64,000 bases of DNA, taken from NCBI RefSeq assembly GCF_022045235.1, contig NW_027266267.1, positions 14,942,001 to 15,006,000 of the forward strand. The letters run 5' to 3'. Position numbers and translations under genes: made by a program. The notes under the pieces were generated by a model. That model did not search any database and had not been told where the DNA came from. It saw nothing but the letters and a program-made list of their open reading frames with translations. Shown here piece by piece: positions 13,475 to 25,195 of the stretch (positions are counted from its first letter, which is position 1; each line of letters opens with the position of its first letter). Origin of the DNA: Haliotis cracherodii (taxonomy: Eukaryota).

Positions 13475-14029
13475 TTTCCTTACATGTTTTTCCAAAACTA
13501 CAAAGATGCAACCGGAGAATGGGCCGTTAATCTGTTACCACGATATCTTCACAAAATGATATCATTTCATCCAGTAAAACAACCAAAGTATCAGTTCATT
13601 TTGCACAAAAAGATGCTTTTCAGCAAACTACAAACGAAATTGAAAGACATGGATTGTTTAGAAAAAGAAAAATCCTTTCTTCACACATTTGTCAAGGAGT
13701 GTAACGCCATTCCATGTGACGACGGTGGAGAGGTCTGGACATTCATCAATGCGTCTTATGCTTATTCAATGGAACCTGCCCATCTCAAAGACTCAACATT
13801 ACATCGTGGAAGGCACTTAGGTTTAGAGGCTATTCAACCTGCATTGAAGCCATTTTTTAAAGAAGGTAACCTCCGACGTTCCCAAATAGCCTATCAGAAA
13901 GCATCTGCCCTGAACGGTCTGGAGCATGTGGTGGTCACGAGAGACAGGAAGAAAAACTATCGGCTCTTCAGAGCCCGGCAAACATTCCGTCCGATGTGTT
14001 TTCGTGAACTACCACCTAAACGAACGTAG
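13475..14029 (+). CDS. CHSY1-like glycosyltransferase, coding exon 2 (joined product 437 aa; no GT7 domain)
   Basis: Acceptor tttctttttcag|TTT keeps frame. 'ISFHPVKQPKYQFILH', 'WTFI', 'AYQKASALNGLEH', 'RQTFRPMCFRE' align by eye to CHSY1 'ITLHPNKNPPYQYRLH...WEFL...GYRRVNPMYGAEY...QQTFSKIQFVE'. Ends at TAG 14027-14029. Confidence 0.82.
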   Translation, partial: FPYMFFQNYKDATGEWAVNLLPRYLHKMISFHPVKQPKYQFILHKKMLFSKLQTKLKDMDCLEKEKSFLHTFVKECNAIPCDDGGEVWTFINASYAYSMEPAHLKDSTLHRGRHLGLEAIQPALKPFFKEGNLRRSQIAYQKASALNGLEHVVVTRDRKKNYRLFRARQTFRPMCFRELPPKRT

Positions 14030-14744
14030 GGCCAAATGTTTAAGTTGCTAATGCGAACAAAAGTTCATTGTCTTGAAGTAACAGTGTAGTAAAATCACAA
14101 AAGGAATTTTATATGAAGATAGCAGACCCCTGCCACTGCGGAAGTTGGTTTATTTCTATTAAATATGTCAGAATAGTTTTGATGTTTATGCATTAAAATA
14201 TGACCATTCTATTTTTTGCAGGGTAATAAACATGTTGCATGTTCTCGATTTACATATGGCTTTGTGTTCAAACTATTAGACTATTCCATATTTAATATTG
14301 ATATGAAAAAGAAAAACTTTGAACACTCACTCACACCGATTCTTTCTCAAGAAAATGTTATTTTCAGTCATCAAAAGTGTTCGCATTATCCCCAGTTAAC
14401 AGGGATTATCGAAGATCTTGATAATTCAATGTGTTTTGATGCTTGTGTACAAACAGAAGCTGCACAGCGAAATATTCCAGATAAGGCTACTTGGTCACGC
14501 ACATATGATGCCTAAATGGATACAAAACAACATCTTAGTCCCCCAGATATGTTCTGTTTCATTACTTGTCTTTAGGTTTCATATTAAGGAATGTGTCCAC
14601 ACCAGGAAAGTAAATGTAACTATTTCAGTCTCTGTTCTTGATTAGGAAACCTTTTAGTGAAATAAATATCTTATAGTTGTGGCTGTTCCTTGGATCTCGA
14701 GACCTGGGTTTTGTACCTTCAGATGTACATCATGCATTCAAGGA

Positions 14745-15577
14745 CCATTGATCCTGGTTCTTTGGTGTTGCCCGGAGTGAATGTTCCTTGTTGGTTCCGG
14801 TTCTTTAAGGTTCCCAGAGTGAATGTTCCTGGTTGATTCCGGTTCTTTAAGGTTCCCAGAGTGAATGTTCCTTGTTGATCCTGATTCTTTAAGGTTCCCA
14901 GAGTGAATGTTCCTTGTTGATCCTGATTCTTTAAGGTTCCCAGAGTGAATGTTCCTTGTTGATCCTAGTTCTTTAAGGTTCCCAGAGTGAATGTTCCTTG
15001 TTGATCCTGATTTTTTAAGGTTCCCAGAGTGAATGTTCCTTGTTGGTCCTGATTCTTTAAGGTTCCCAGAGTGAATATTTCTTGTTGATCCTAGTTCTTT
15101 AATGGTTCCCAGAGTGAATATTCCTTGTTGATCCTGATTCTTTAAGGTTCCCAGAGTGAATATTTCTTGTAGATCCTAGTTCTTTAATGGTTCCCAGAGT
15201 GAATTTTTCTTGTAGATCCTAGTTCTTTAAGGTTCCCAGGGTGAATGTTCCTTGTTGATCCTGATGCTTTAAGGTTCCCAGAGTGAATATTTCTTGTAGA
15301 TCCTAGTTCTTTAAGGTTCCCAGAGTGAATGTTCCTTGTTGGTCCTGGTTCTTTATAGTTCCCAGAGTGAATGTTCCTTGTTTATCCTGGTTTTTTAAGA
15401 TTCTAAGAGTGAATGTTTCTTGTGAATCATGGTTCTTTAAGGTTCTAAGAATGAATGTTTCTTGTGAATCATGGTTCTTTAAGGTTCTAAGAGTGAATGT
15501 TCCTTGTTGATCCTGGTTCTTTAAGGTTCTAAGAGTGAATGTTTTTTGTGAATCATGGTTCTTTAAGGTCCTCGGTG
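14745..15577. repeat. 42-bp minisatellite (~19 copies)
   Basis: Unit GGTTCCCAGAGTGAATGTTCCTTGTTGATCCTGATTCTTTAA; period measured at 14821 vs 14863. Confidence 0.95.
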
Positions 15578-16189
15578 AATCTCAAGTCCCATTCCGTCCC
15601 TAAGAGGGTATTTTTGCACTTTGCTGAGGACAAAATCATTCCCAGGAAGAGGCATGTGTAAGGACATATAATGAGGAGCAAAAAGGAATATACCTCTCAG
15701 TTGATTATGTCTTCTGTTTGTTTTCAATTTAAAATATCAAAGTAACGATATTTTATAAAAGAATGAACTGTACTGGCGCTTAGTCAGCACTCTAAGAATT
15801 CTTTCTAAAACTATTTAGATCAAATAAAATACACAACTGCTGAAGGGTTACTTATCTTTGAAATCAATGATTTTTTCGGCACAAGTTTACATCATTTCAA
15901 AATGATAGGGGTCAAGTGGTTTCACACCCCAGTCTACACCGAAGCAATTTATTTTTACACAAAATAACCAAACCCCAGATTAGGTTTTACAAAATGTCGC
16001 AGGAATGAGTGATGGTTAGAGGGACACAATCAAATTTAACGATAGTTCTTCTTTCATTTTTCAATTAAAAAAAAAACTCGACATACTTTCTTCTGCCCCT
16101 CAGTTTATATCATTTGAGCCCATTGCTCATTTGGCTTGAGATGCGCTTTCTTTGACCGCCCATGTGTATTAGGCCCAACTCATTCCCCG

Positions 16190-16405
16190 GCTCAAATCAC
16201 TCTGGAGTGATTTAGGCCTAGGCTGAGATCACTCTGGAGTGATTTAGGCCTAGGCTGAGATCACACTAGTGTGATTTAGGCCTAGGCTGAGAGCACTCTG
16301 GTGTGATTTAGGCCTAGACTGGGATCACTCTTGTGTGATTTAGGCCTAGGCTGAGAGCACTCCACCCTCACAGGCTCAAATGACTCCTCGAGCTCAAATC
16401 ATTCC
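16190..16405. repeat. 32-bp tandem repeat with internal palindromes; related units at 17100-17210
   Basis: Unit ATCACTCTGGAGTGATTTAGGCCTAGGCTGAG (~5.5 copies); a similar TGATTTGAACCTAGGCTGAAAGCRCTCTAGCG occurs about 3 times at 17104-17210. Confidence 0.85.
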
Positions 16406-17239
16406 CCTTACTATTTCAAATGTCAACGTTTGATTGTATGTTCTGGTATGTTTGTGTATAACATTTATAAGTTAATTGGGGGCGTATGTGGTTGGTGGCT
16501 TCTTTGAAATAATGAACATGCATAAGGCGAGACATTTCAAGACATAATGCAATACACAATGTTTACGATCTTCTTTAGTTGACTACAAAACATAGTTTTG
16601 ACACGTGTATATACCTTCAGCTACATCAGAAATTATATACATGTATTTCGCATTATTTTTTTATATTCAAATACACATATCGAAAATCAATTAAGAGGCA
16701 CTAGGACACATACCAATCACTTCATAAGGAACTTCACTTGGATTGCTTCATTTGAAACATGAATACGTTTGACAGATGATATGTAACTGTGTTGAAAACA
16801 GGTGGAACGGGGATCAGCAGAAAGTTAAAAATTCAGGCGGTTCCGGGTAACGGGTAAACATAACACAAGTGTAGGGTTCACATGTATGTATTATGTAAGG
16901 CACATACAGAACTGAACAGAAATAATAGAGTATGTCGACAATTGAACATCCAGCTACGACCCTTTCAGGTGAAAAAGACATATGAGCAACTGAATGTTGT
17001 ATGTCAAAACTGTACAGGAGAAGTAGAACACTGTTACATTGTAGGGGACAGATTTGGAGTGATCAGAGCCTTGGGTGGGTGTTTTGGTCCTAGCAGATGG
17101 GAATGATTTGAACCTAGGCTGAAAGCGCTCTAGCGTGATTTGAACCTAGGCTGAAAGCACTCTAGCGTGATTTGAACCTAGGCTCATGCAAATCACTCTA
17201 GGGTGAATTTTAAGTGATTGATTTGACCCTGCTACACTG

Positions 17240-18318
17240 GCAGCACTATCAAGCTGAGAAATGACGCCTGGTGCTTGCAGATCCAGGACAACGTCAAGAT
17301 GTAAGATCCCATCACGATAACGAACACACTTTGAGTTGCCTTGGATATGAACAAGCTTCGTTCTTCGCCCATAAGTGATGGCTACCCACATCATGACATT
17401 TCCTCCTCTGTCGACTTCTTGTACGCAAGATATGGTATGACGTTCATTCCGTCGGCCATGGATAATGTAATCGACATATCTGCAGCCATGAATACACAAT
17501 GCCATTTAGAAAGTGGTCAAATGTAACAAATGTTATATTTGGGATAACACTTTCTTAGTAAAGTACAGATTCTTGTACTTTTTGGGGTTGAGTTCCGTCC
17601 AGGATTCGAACCCACACCTGCCAGGGTTAGGCACCTAATCGCCAGCACACAAAGTCAGCGATCTAACCCACTCTAACTACACTTGTCAGGGGGGTACTCA
17701 AAGTACGTGATCTAGACTACCAGTTGTCGGACTTTCATTTTTGTTGAAGCCTCGGTGGCTGAGTGGGTTAGATCGCTGACTTTGTGTGCTGGCGATTAGG
17801 TGCCTCACCCTGGCAGGTGTGTGTTCGAATCCCGGATTGGACTCAACCCAAAAAAAGTACAAGAATCTGTACTTTACTAAGAAAGTGTTATCCCATATAT
17901 AACATTTGTTATATCTGCAGCCGCTGAAGTCGATTACGTCATGTTGGCAATATCGTGCCCAAAGTCAGGAAATACTGCTCTGGGCAAGGTTGAAATGTCT
18001 TGCCATAGATGCAAATGATCCACCAGCTTCAAGTCTATTGTTTACATTGTTAAATGAATGGCTTGTGAAAATAACAGATATTATAAACCTGCAATAGCAA
18101 AGGACAGATTCCATGACATGAACGTAAACATTACTGTTACATTTCCCAAGAAAACGAATCATGCAAATGTCAAAGGTAATCGATAACCCCTATCAAAGTA
18201 AATGATAAAGGGTTGTGATACACTTTGCCAGTAAAACAACGGTTTCATTTTCGTGTAGCAGTGGAACATGGAACAAAATATTGTTACCACGTATACGTTT
18301 CTTTTGGGGGAAAGTATA
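17240..18318 (-). mobile_element. Decayed Tc1/mariner element, interrupted by a fold-back element
   Basis: 'VQEVDRGGNVMMWVAITYGRRTKLVHIQGN...RYRD.IL' catalytic fragment and HTH fragment 'RLEAGGSFASMARHFNLAQSSIS'; Tc1-like terminus TATACTTTCCCCCAAAAGAAACGTATAC at ~18318. Confidence 0.75.
17524..17911. mobile_element. Fold-back/MITE-like element with ~150-bp inverted arms, each containing a tRNA-like Pol III unit
   Basis: Left arm 17524-17673 is the near reverse complement of right arm 17761-17911; 87-bp spacer. Right arm reads GGTGGCTGAGTGGGTTAG (A box) ... GTTCGAATCCC (B box). Confidence 0.85.
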
Positions 18319-18339
18319 ATAATGATAACACTTTTTCAG

Positions 18340-19100
18340 GTTGTTTAAACCAACCACCACCACAACAACTGCAAACAACAAAAACGGGTAGGTTTCCACC
18401 ACCACCACCACAACAACAACAACTGCAAACAACAAAAACGGGTAGGTTTCCAACATCACCACCACAACAACTGCAAACAACAAAACCGGTAGGTTTCCAC
18501 CACCACCACAACAACAACAACAACAACTGCAAACAACAAAACCGAGTAGGTTTCCACCACCACCACAACAACAACAACAACTGCAAACAACAAAACCGGG
18601 TAGGTTTCCACCACCACCACAACAACAACAACAACTGAAAACAACAAAACCGGGTAGGTTTCCACCACCACCACCACAACAACAACAACTGCAAACAACA
18701 AAAACGGGTAGGTTTCCACCACCACCACCACAACAACAACAACAACTGCAAACAACAAAACCGGGTAGGTTTCCAACACCACCACCACCACAACAACAAC
18801 AACTGCAAACAACAAAACCGGGTAGGTTTCCACCACCACAACAACAACTGCAAACAACAAAAACGGGTAGGTTTCCACCACCACCACCACCACCACAACA
18901 ACAACTGCAAACAACAAAACCGGGTAGGTTTCCACTACCACCACAACATCAACTGCAAACAACAAAACCGGGAGGTTTCCACCACCACCACCACAACAAC
19001 AACTGCAAACAACAAAACCGGGTAGGTTTCCACTACCACCACCACAACAACTGCAAACAACAAAACCGGGTAGGTTTCCACTACCACCACCACAACAACA
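18340..19100. repeat. Compound minisatellite: constant CTGCAAACAACAAAACCGGGTAGGTTTCCA core plus variable (CCA)n(CAA)n, about 14 units
   Basis: Direct reading; it produces the spurious poly-Val/Trp/His ORFs. Confidence 0.95.
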
Positions 19101-19334
19101 ATAACAGCCATTACGTACATCACCACAACACCTGATTCAGGGCCCACAAAACATCGAATCCTGTGGCGCCACATAGTCGAATATTCAATACGTAACTTAC
19201 TCTGACAATTAGATAAATCCTCACCGTTCAAATAGTGGATTTATTCAATCGATAGTGTTTGCTTTAAGCCTGCATGAGCCCAGGTAATCACTACACCGAG
19301 CGTTGGTACGACCTGCTTCCAAGCTGTGACACAT

Positions 19335-20790
19335 CAACATCGTGGAAGGCACTTGGGTCTAGCAGCTACTCAATCTGCATAAAACTACCTTTATTAGTTT
19401 GTTCGTTCTTTTTTAGGATATATATATATATTTGTGATGACAGTAAATGCGTCCTGCATTTTGATACCATGCGTACTGAATTGAACACTGAAAATATACT
19501 TTATCATGTTATTTTCAATCTTTTTCCCTTTTGTTTTGTCAAAGTTTTACTGAGACGACAGGAGTTTGGGTCGTTAAACCAAGCCCATGTAAATTTCAAA
19601 TACTATCCATCCAATGAAAAACGACTTTGTACCAGTTGAAATTACACAAAGTATTCTTATTCTGTAAATTACAAACGGAAAATAAAATACATTTGTCTTT
19701 TAGAAAATAAAAGAAGAAGAAAATCTCAATTTCTACAACAGGCTTCGGAATGTGACTCCACCCCAGCGGTCTGGACACACATCAGTGAGTGATGCTGTCA
19801 TTGGTAGAATGCACAAACTGAAAAAGAGGAAGCAGAAATGGTTCGAACATATTCTGTCCCAGCCAGCTGTCATCCAAAGTCTGGCTTACCTACATGGAAA
19901 GTGTGTGGTTGTTTCCATTGACAAGGCTTCAAATCCGTACAAAGAGGGAGACATTGCTTGGTCCAGCAAATGGACCATCAAATCCCTGTCTCAAAGATTA
20001 ACCATAATCCTACATGTCTAAATTTCAGCAATTTTGAGGTACAGTCGAGCATGCTCTTTCAACCAAGATTTCAAAGCGCCTCTCTAACTCTTGCTCAGAA
20101 GTTGTTTGATCAAGGTTACAACATTCAAGGCCTCAGTAAAGCTTTCAAAAAGTTTTATGGGAGACATGTAGAGGACATTTCCAAAATTGATGTCCCATGT
20201 AATTCCCTATTTTCACTTGTACCATGTTTCCGTGGGTTTATTTTTCAGGTGAACAGTTGACTTACCTTTGCATGCCTTTGTGTCGGGTGCCACAGACGGG
20301 GCAGGATACGATCACCTATTCACGAACACCTGGTGTCATCACTATTTGATAGTGATTCAATAACACATGCTTACGATCTAGTCGGAATCGTACAAGCGAC
20401 TCTGTTTTTGGCAGAGGTTTCTTATGAATATGGAAAGGGTTTTGTCGCTTTTATTTGTATTTTTTTCCATTGGAATCTGCCCATCTAAAAGGCTCACTAT
20501 CAAATATCGTGGACGACGCTTAGGTCTCGCTGCTCTTCAACCTGCATTGAAGCCATGTTTGAAGAGAGCAGATTCCAAACATCGCTGATGCCATCTGCGT
20601 CTGCCGCTAACGGCCTGCAGCTTGTGGTGGTGCACGAGGGAAAAAGATTTCACCAATGAGTTCAACAATTTCCGTTAACTACCACCTCAACGAAGTATGG
20701 GTCAACTTCTTTAATTTTTAAATAAACATAAAAATGTGAAAGTTGGTTTATTTCTATTAAAGATGCAAACAATCTTTCATTGTTTATGCC
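19335..20790 (+). pseudogene. CHSY-like pseudogene copy 3 (exon-2 relic plus 3' flank), split by a retroelement insertion
   Basis: 19436-19787 matches the copy-1 intron end/exon 2 (4863-5220); 20470-20700 matches gene 13770-14030; 20740-20790 matches the gene's 3' flank (GTTGGTTTATTTCTATTAAA). An extra short fragment sits at 19335-19385. Confidence 0.85.
19790..20465 (+). mobile_element. Penelope-like retroelement fragment (internally deleted)
   Basis: 'LAYLHGKCVVVSIDKASN' and 'LAQKLFDQGYNIQGLSKAFKKFYGRH' resemble the N- and C-terminal motifs flanking PLE reverse transcriptase; it interrupts pseudogene copy 3. Confidence 0.6.
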
Positions 20791-21640
20791 AAAGATTCAA
20801 AATAGTGCACTTACAAATATGAAGAATGATAAATCATGAAAACTCTTCCTCAGGATGTGTTACACATTTGAAGCATCAGTGTCATACAGCTATTGTAATA
20901 AACAACTTGAATACTTAGTGTCTGTATATACTAGTAAACGCATCTCCGTCCTAAGCTCATAGTATTGGTACACCACAAGTGTGATAATGGACGTGGGAGT
21001 GCAATTTTCCTGTGTCTCTGTGGGTAACACACATTGTAGTGAAACGTTTACAGCTTTTAATTAGAGGGGTGTACTTTTCGAAATTATCAAAACATACGGA
21101 GCATCTTTTGCAGCGTGAATCATTCATCTCTAGAAAATATATTGAGGTCTTTAAACTCTGATCACACTCCAAAATTATAGTGTTCTTTTTTTCTAACACC
21201 ACAGAAAAATCACCTAAACACGTCTGACAGACATATGTCGAACTGACTTCTATATGCAATCGATTCACTTTATCCTGCATAAGTCCAGATGATCACTGTA
21301 TTGGGCGTTCATTCAGTCTGTTCCCCAGCTGTGACACCATATGTCTTTTAATATCAAAACGAGTCGATCCTCCGCCAGATTGCCCATACAGACTAATTCT
21401 GGTTGTTTATAGGTCATCGGTGTACAAACACATCAGTGTTCAAACATCAGCGTTCAGTCATCTATAATTAGCTTTCACAACTTTTTGTTCATTACATTTG
21501 TGTATTTTGTTCACTTCGGTTTACACAAAGAGTTGGCAAAAAAACATGTACATAAATCGTGTCTTGTTTCGTTTTAACTGCGTTTGTTCTTTTCCTACTT
21601 CACATTTCTAATTATAGTAGCAACCATCTAAAACGTGAAG

Positions 21641-21693
21641 ATGGCGTCGCTTACCACGGAGAAGTTAAAAGAAATGGAGGCGGAAATGAACCG
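21641..21693 (+). CDS. RBM42: RNA-binding motif protein 42, coding exon 1
   Basis: MASLTTEKLKEMEAEMN(R) carries the conserved 'EMEAEM' motif; good Kozak context (AAGATGG); phase-2 donor CG|GTATTT. Confidence 0.88.
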
Positions 21694-21938
21694 GTATTTA
21701 CATATAGATCACTTGAAAGTCGTCACATATAGCCGCAATACATTATGTTAACCGTTTGGGCCTCGCGCTTCTCAAAACATGCTGTTTCCTCGGCGGATTT
21801 GCATCCGTGTCACCTATTTTCGTTATAGACACACGTCTCTTTATTTCGTGATGTCAACATTTGTACATCCCTCAGGTGATGTATGCAGTTTGTCTTTTGC
21901 AAATCTTTTGTTTTGAAAGACTAACTGTTTAAAATTCC

Positions 21939-22118
21939 TAACACTAATATAACACTGCAAATATCTCTAACACTAACATGACACTACAAAAATCTCCAAC
22001 ACTAATATAACACTGCAAAAATCTCTAACACTAATATAACACTTCAAAAATCTCTAACACTAATATAACACTACAAAAATCTCCAACACTAACATGGCAT
22101 ACTATAACCGTAACACTG
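21939..22118. repeat. 29-bp minisatellite (~6 copies)
   Basis: Unit approximately TAACACTAATATAACACTGCAAAAATCTC. Confidence 0.85.
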
Positions 22119-23999
22119 AAAGGGCCCTAAACCTGATATTCCCAATATTCCTCCACCTTGTCAACAACTTGATGAAGGGACAAGAAGTTGATGCATTGTG
22201 TAAAAATAAAGACCTTGTTATCCATACTAATATTCATTGTCATGCCTGATATAACTGTAAAAATACATAAAATACTTTGCAGCATCAGATGCTGTATGTC
22301 GTTGTGATTACCATAATTACAGTCTGGGGCAATCACTGTGAAGGTATTGTTGGTATACTCGGACCCCGTGGTACTGTGGCATTCTTCGTATCGCGGCATT
22401 TGTGATTTCCAGTGGTTCACGCAGGTCATGCATCCTAGCGTTTGTTTACTCGTGGAAACCAGTAACTAGGAAGTACTCGCTTCGGAATGTTCCGTCTTCT
22501 GTAAGGAAGTATTTATTTACATGTTGATACTTACTTCTGGTATCTTTTAAATGTTACCTTACCCCATCTATCAATATACGATATAACCCACAGTTTCGCA
22601 AGTGAATTTTCCATAATGACCTGAACTAGGCGGTCTGCTTATTCATGATGACAAATTAGGTAACGGAAGTGACGTAGTCCACACAGGTTTCCCGCAGTGT
22701 GGACAGAATTGTTTCGGAGATAATAAGGGCCACAATGCCATACTTAGCAATATGTTGTTCACTAGAAACCACATGACAAATACACACTGTTATTATTAAA
22801 GATATTTTATCTCTACAATAATAAATATGGGTGGTTGTCACTTTGTCATACAGACATATTTTTAAAATCAGGGTGGTGAACGTTTTTTCTTTGGTTGTCA
22901 CCTACAGTGTTTACCATGTTTGCCAAGTCAAGCTGCTTATCAACTTTTTGGATTACTCACACCTTACCATGCTTACTGCACAGCATAACAATACAATAAG
23001 TTCCTATTTAACTAACAACAAGATCCAACACAATAATAATACCAGTTAATAAATGTTGAATAAAAGTCTGTCGAGTACAAACTAGATAACGTGATAACTC
23101 AATATGAACTAATGTAGAAATATCAAAACATTCAAATAGAAATAATATTTTCTTGTGTTTTTTTATTCTTTTGATTAGTATTGATCCTTGTATATATATG
23201 ACCCCAACAGAAATTGACAAATATTTGATCACATCAGCCACAAGCTTCTTGTAAGCAGGTCTTTATCTTTATGCATCAATTTGTGTTAACCAACCAATTA
23301 GATTTGAATATTCTCCAGATTTGGTGTGAGTGACATACACAACAAAAACTCAAACCTATGTGCAATATTGAAAAAAATCTGATTGTTCATGGTCATGCTG
23401 TTTGGAAAAAAAAGGGACATTTCTGCCATAAAAACATGATGACCTGAAATGAGTTCCTTAGGGCTAGACGGCCAATTGGATCACAGAAGCAAAGTCTTTA
23501 TGAAATTCATGCAGTCTTTCCCTATAAAGTTGAGGGTTATGACATTTTGAAAATCATGCCTCAAAGATAACGTTTGTTTACTAAGGGAGGGCTGTGGCAT
23601 CAGTTAGCCAGGGCTTGATTTAACTATATAAAAAATGCACCAGTGCAACCTGTTATTGAAAAGTGCAACCCATTAAGTGTATATGCACCAAGCATGCCAA
23701 GTGCATTTCAAAACATTTTAAATTTGTGTTTGACAAACCCTTACTTTTCCACACAACATCGATCTTTGAACACACTCAATACCTCTAACTTGTCTAAGCT
23801 TTATGTAACCTAATTCATCACTAATCCCTGTGTTATGTGTAATTTGTCATCTTTTCTTGACCTCATCAAACTGTGTACTGCAAGATTATGTATGTATGTT
23901 AATTTATGTAAAATCATAGCACAGTCATCAGAGATTTTAGATTTTATTTATTTGGCCTTGTTTATACATCTATGTTTTGACTTTGATAAATTGATCACC

Positions 24000-24480
24000 A
24001 GGATGCATGGTGTCCAGGTAAACATTTTGTTGATGCTAACGGCAGAGAAAGGCTCAAGTTTGGAGGTGGATCAGTGATGATGTGGGGCGGATTCAGCTTC
24101 AACGACAGAACTCACTGTTCTATGTTCAGGTTAATTTGAAATCTCTGCGCTACAGAGGCGACATTTTACAGTCTCTGGAGATTCCAGCTGTTTCAGCTAT
24201 TGGCCCAAGGCGCTAATGCACATCCACATCTCACTGTTGTTGTCAGGAACTTGCTGCAGCAGAATCAGATTGACAGAATGGACTGGCCAGCCTATTCTCC
24301 TGATTTGACACCAATTGAACATATGTGGGACATGTTGGGATGAGACGATCGGTATAACCACCTCAGCCTGCAAACAAGAATGGTTAGCCATTCCACAGAT
24401 AACCCTCAGAAACTTGTTTAGGTCGATGCATCAACGTTGTCTCGAATGCATCAATTACAGAGGTGGTCACACCCAATATT
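24000..24480 (+). mobile_element. Tc1/mariner transposase fragment
   Basis: 'GGGSVMMWGG', 'MDWPAYSPDLTPIEHMW', and C-terminal 'RGGHTQY'; degenerate. Confidence 0.8.
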
Positions 24481-24483
24481 TAT

Positions 24484-24751
24484 GAGTGAGTGAGTTGGTT
24501 TTAACGCCTCTTTTAACATTATATTATATATGTCAGCTTAATGTGGGAGGAAAGCCCGAAGTGATGCAGGTCTAAGACGTTGACCACTTCGGTGAAACCC
24601 ACGAGCACTGGTGTGGTGCTGACAAACCTAGAAACATAATCGGGGCGAACCGGGATTCGAACCTACAATCATAGGTTTCCGGCGTGCCCAAGGGACGCAA
24701 CTCTGCGCAGCGAATCACGGCGCCTTAGACTACTGGGCCACCCATGCCCCC
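24484..24751 (-). mobile_element. tRNA-derived SINE, family B
   Basis: Head GGGGGCATGGGTGGCCCAGTAGTCTAAGG...GGTTCGAATCCC, (CACT)n tail; other copies at 55696-55954 (-) and 58541-58845 (+). Confidence 0.88.
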
Positions 24752-25049
24752 TATTAACCAGTGAACCAGTGTTTCTGCCCTTTTGTGACTTTGACAAATG
24801 ATAACTGTCATCTTCAATGCAGCTTATTGACTTTACCACTAGATCTTTCTTTGTTCTGACATGTTTTTTTGTCTGGTAATGACATGTCTAAAAAATGCAT
24901 TAAAGATTATAACTCACATGCCAGCTGTTAAAATCTGCTCAAAGATTCCAGCGTTCCTTGGATTCTTTTGAGTATTATATTTCACCAGAACTCAAAATGT
25001 ATGGGTTTTTTATATTGCTTGTAAAATGGCATAAGAAACTGTGTTTCAG

Positions 25050-25195
25050 CTTCGAGCTGGAGATCCTGGCTCCAGGCATGGGGCCCAAGGGTGGCCCGCC
25101 CCGTATGATCATCGGTTCCAACACCTTCAACAAGGTACAGGCCCAGTTGTCAGGCTCCGGACCAGGCGAGGGGGATCCCTCCATACCTCTAGCAA
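25050..25195 (+). CDS. RBM42: RBM42 coding exon 2
   Basis: Acceptor tttcag|C; FELEILAPG...RMIIGSNTFNKVQAQL (cf. the RBM42 'FEQEVL...IIATNTYQQVQ' motif); donor A|GTAAGT; frame consistent with neighbours. Confidence 0.9.

Noticed and set aside
18340-19100. CRISPR-like look (constant repeat plus variable spacers) and poly-Val/Trp/His ORFs
   Set aside because: Spacers are just (CCA)n(CAA)n length variants, there are no cas genes and the context is eukaryotic; the ORFs are translations of the repeat.
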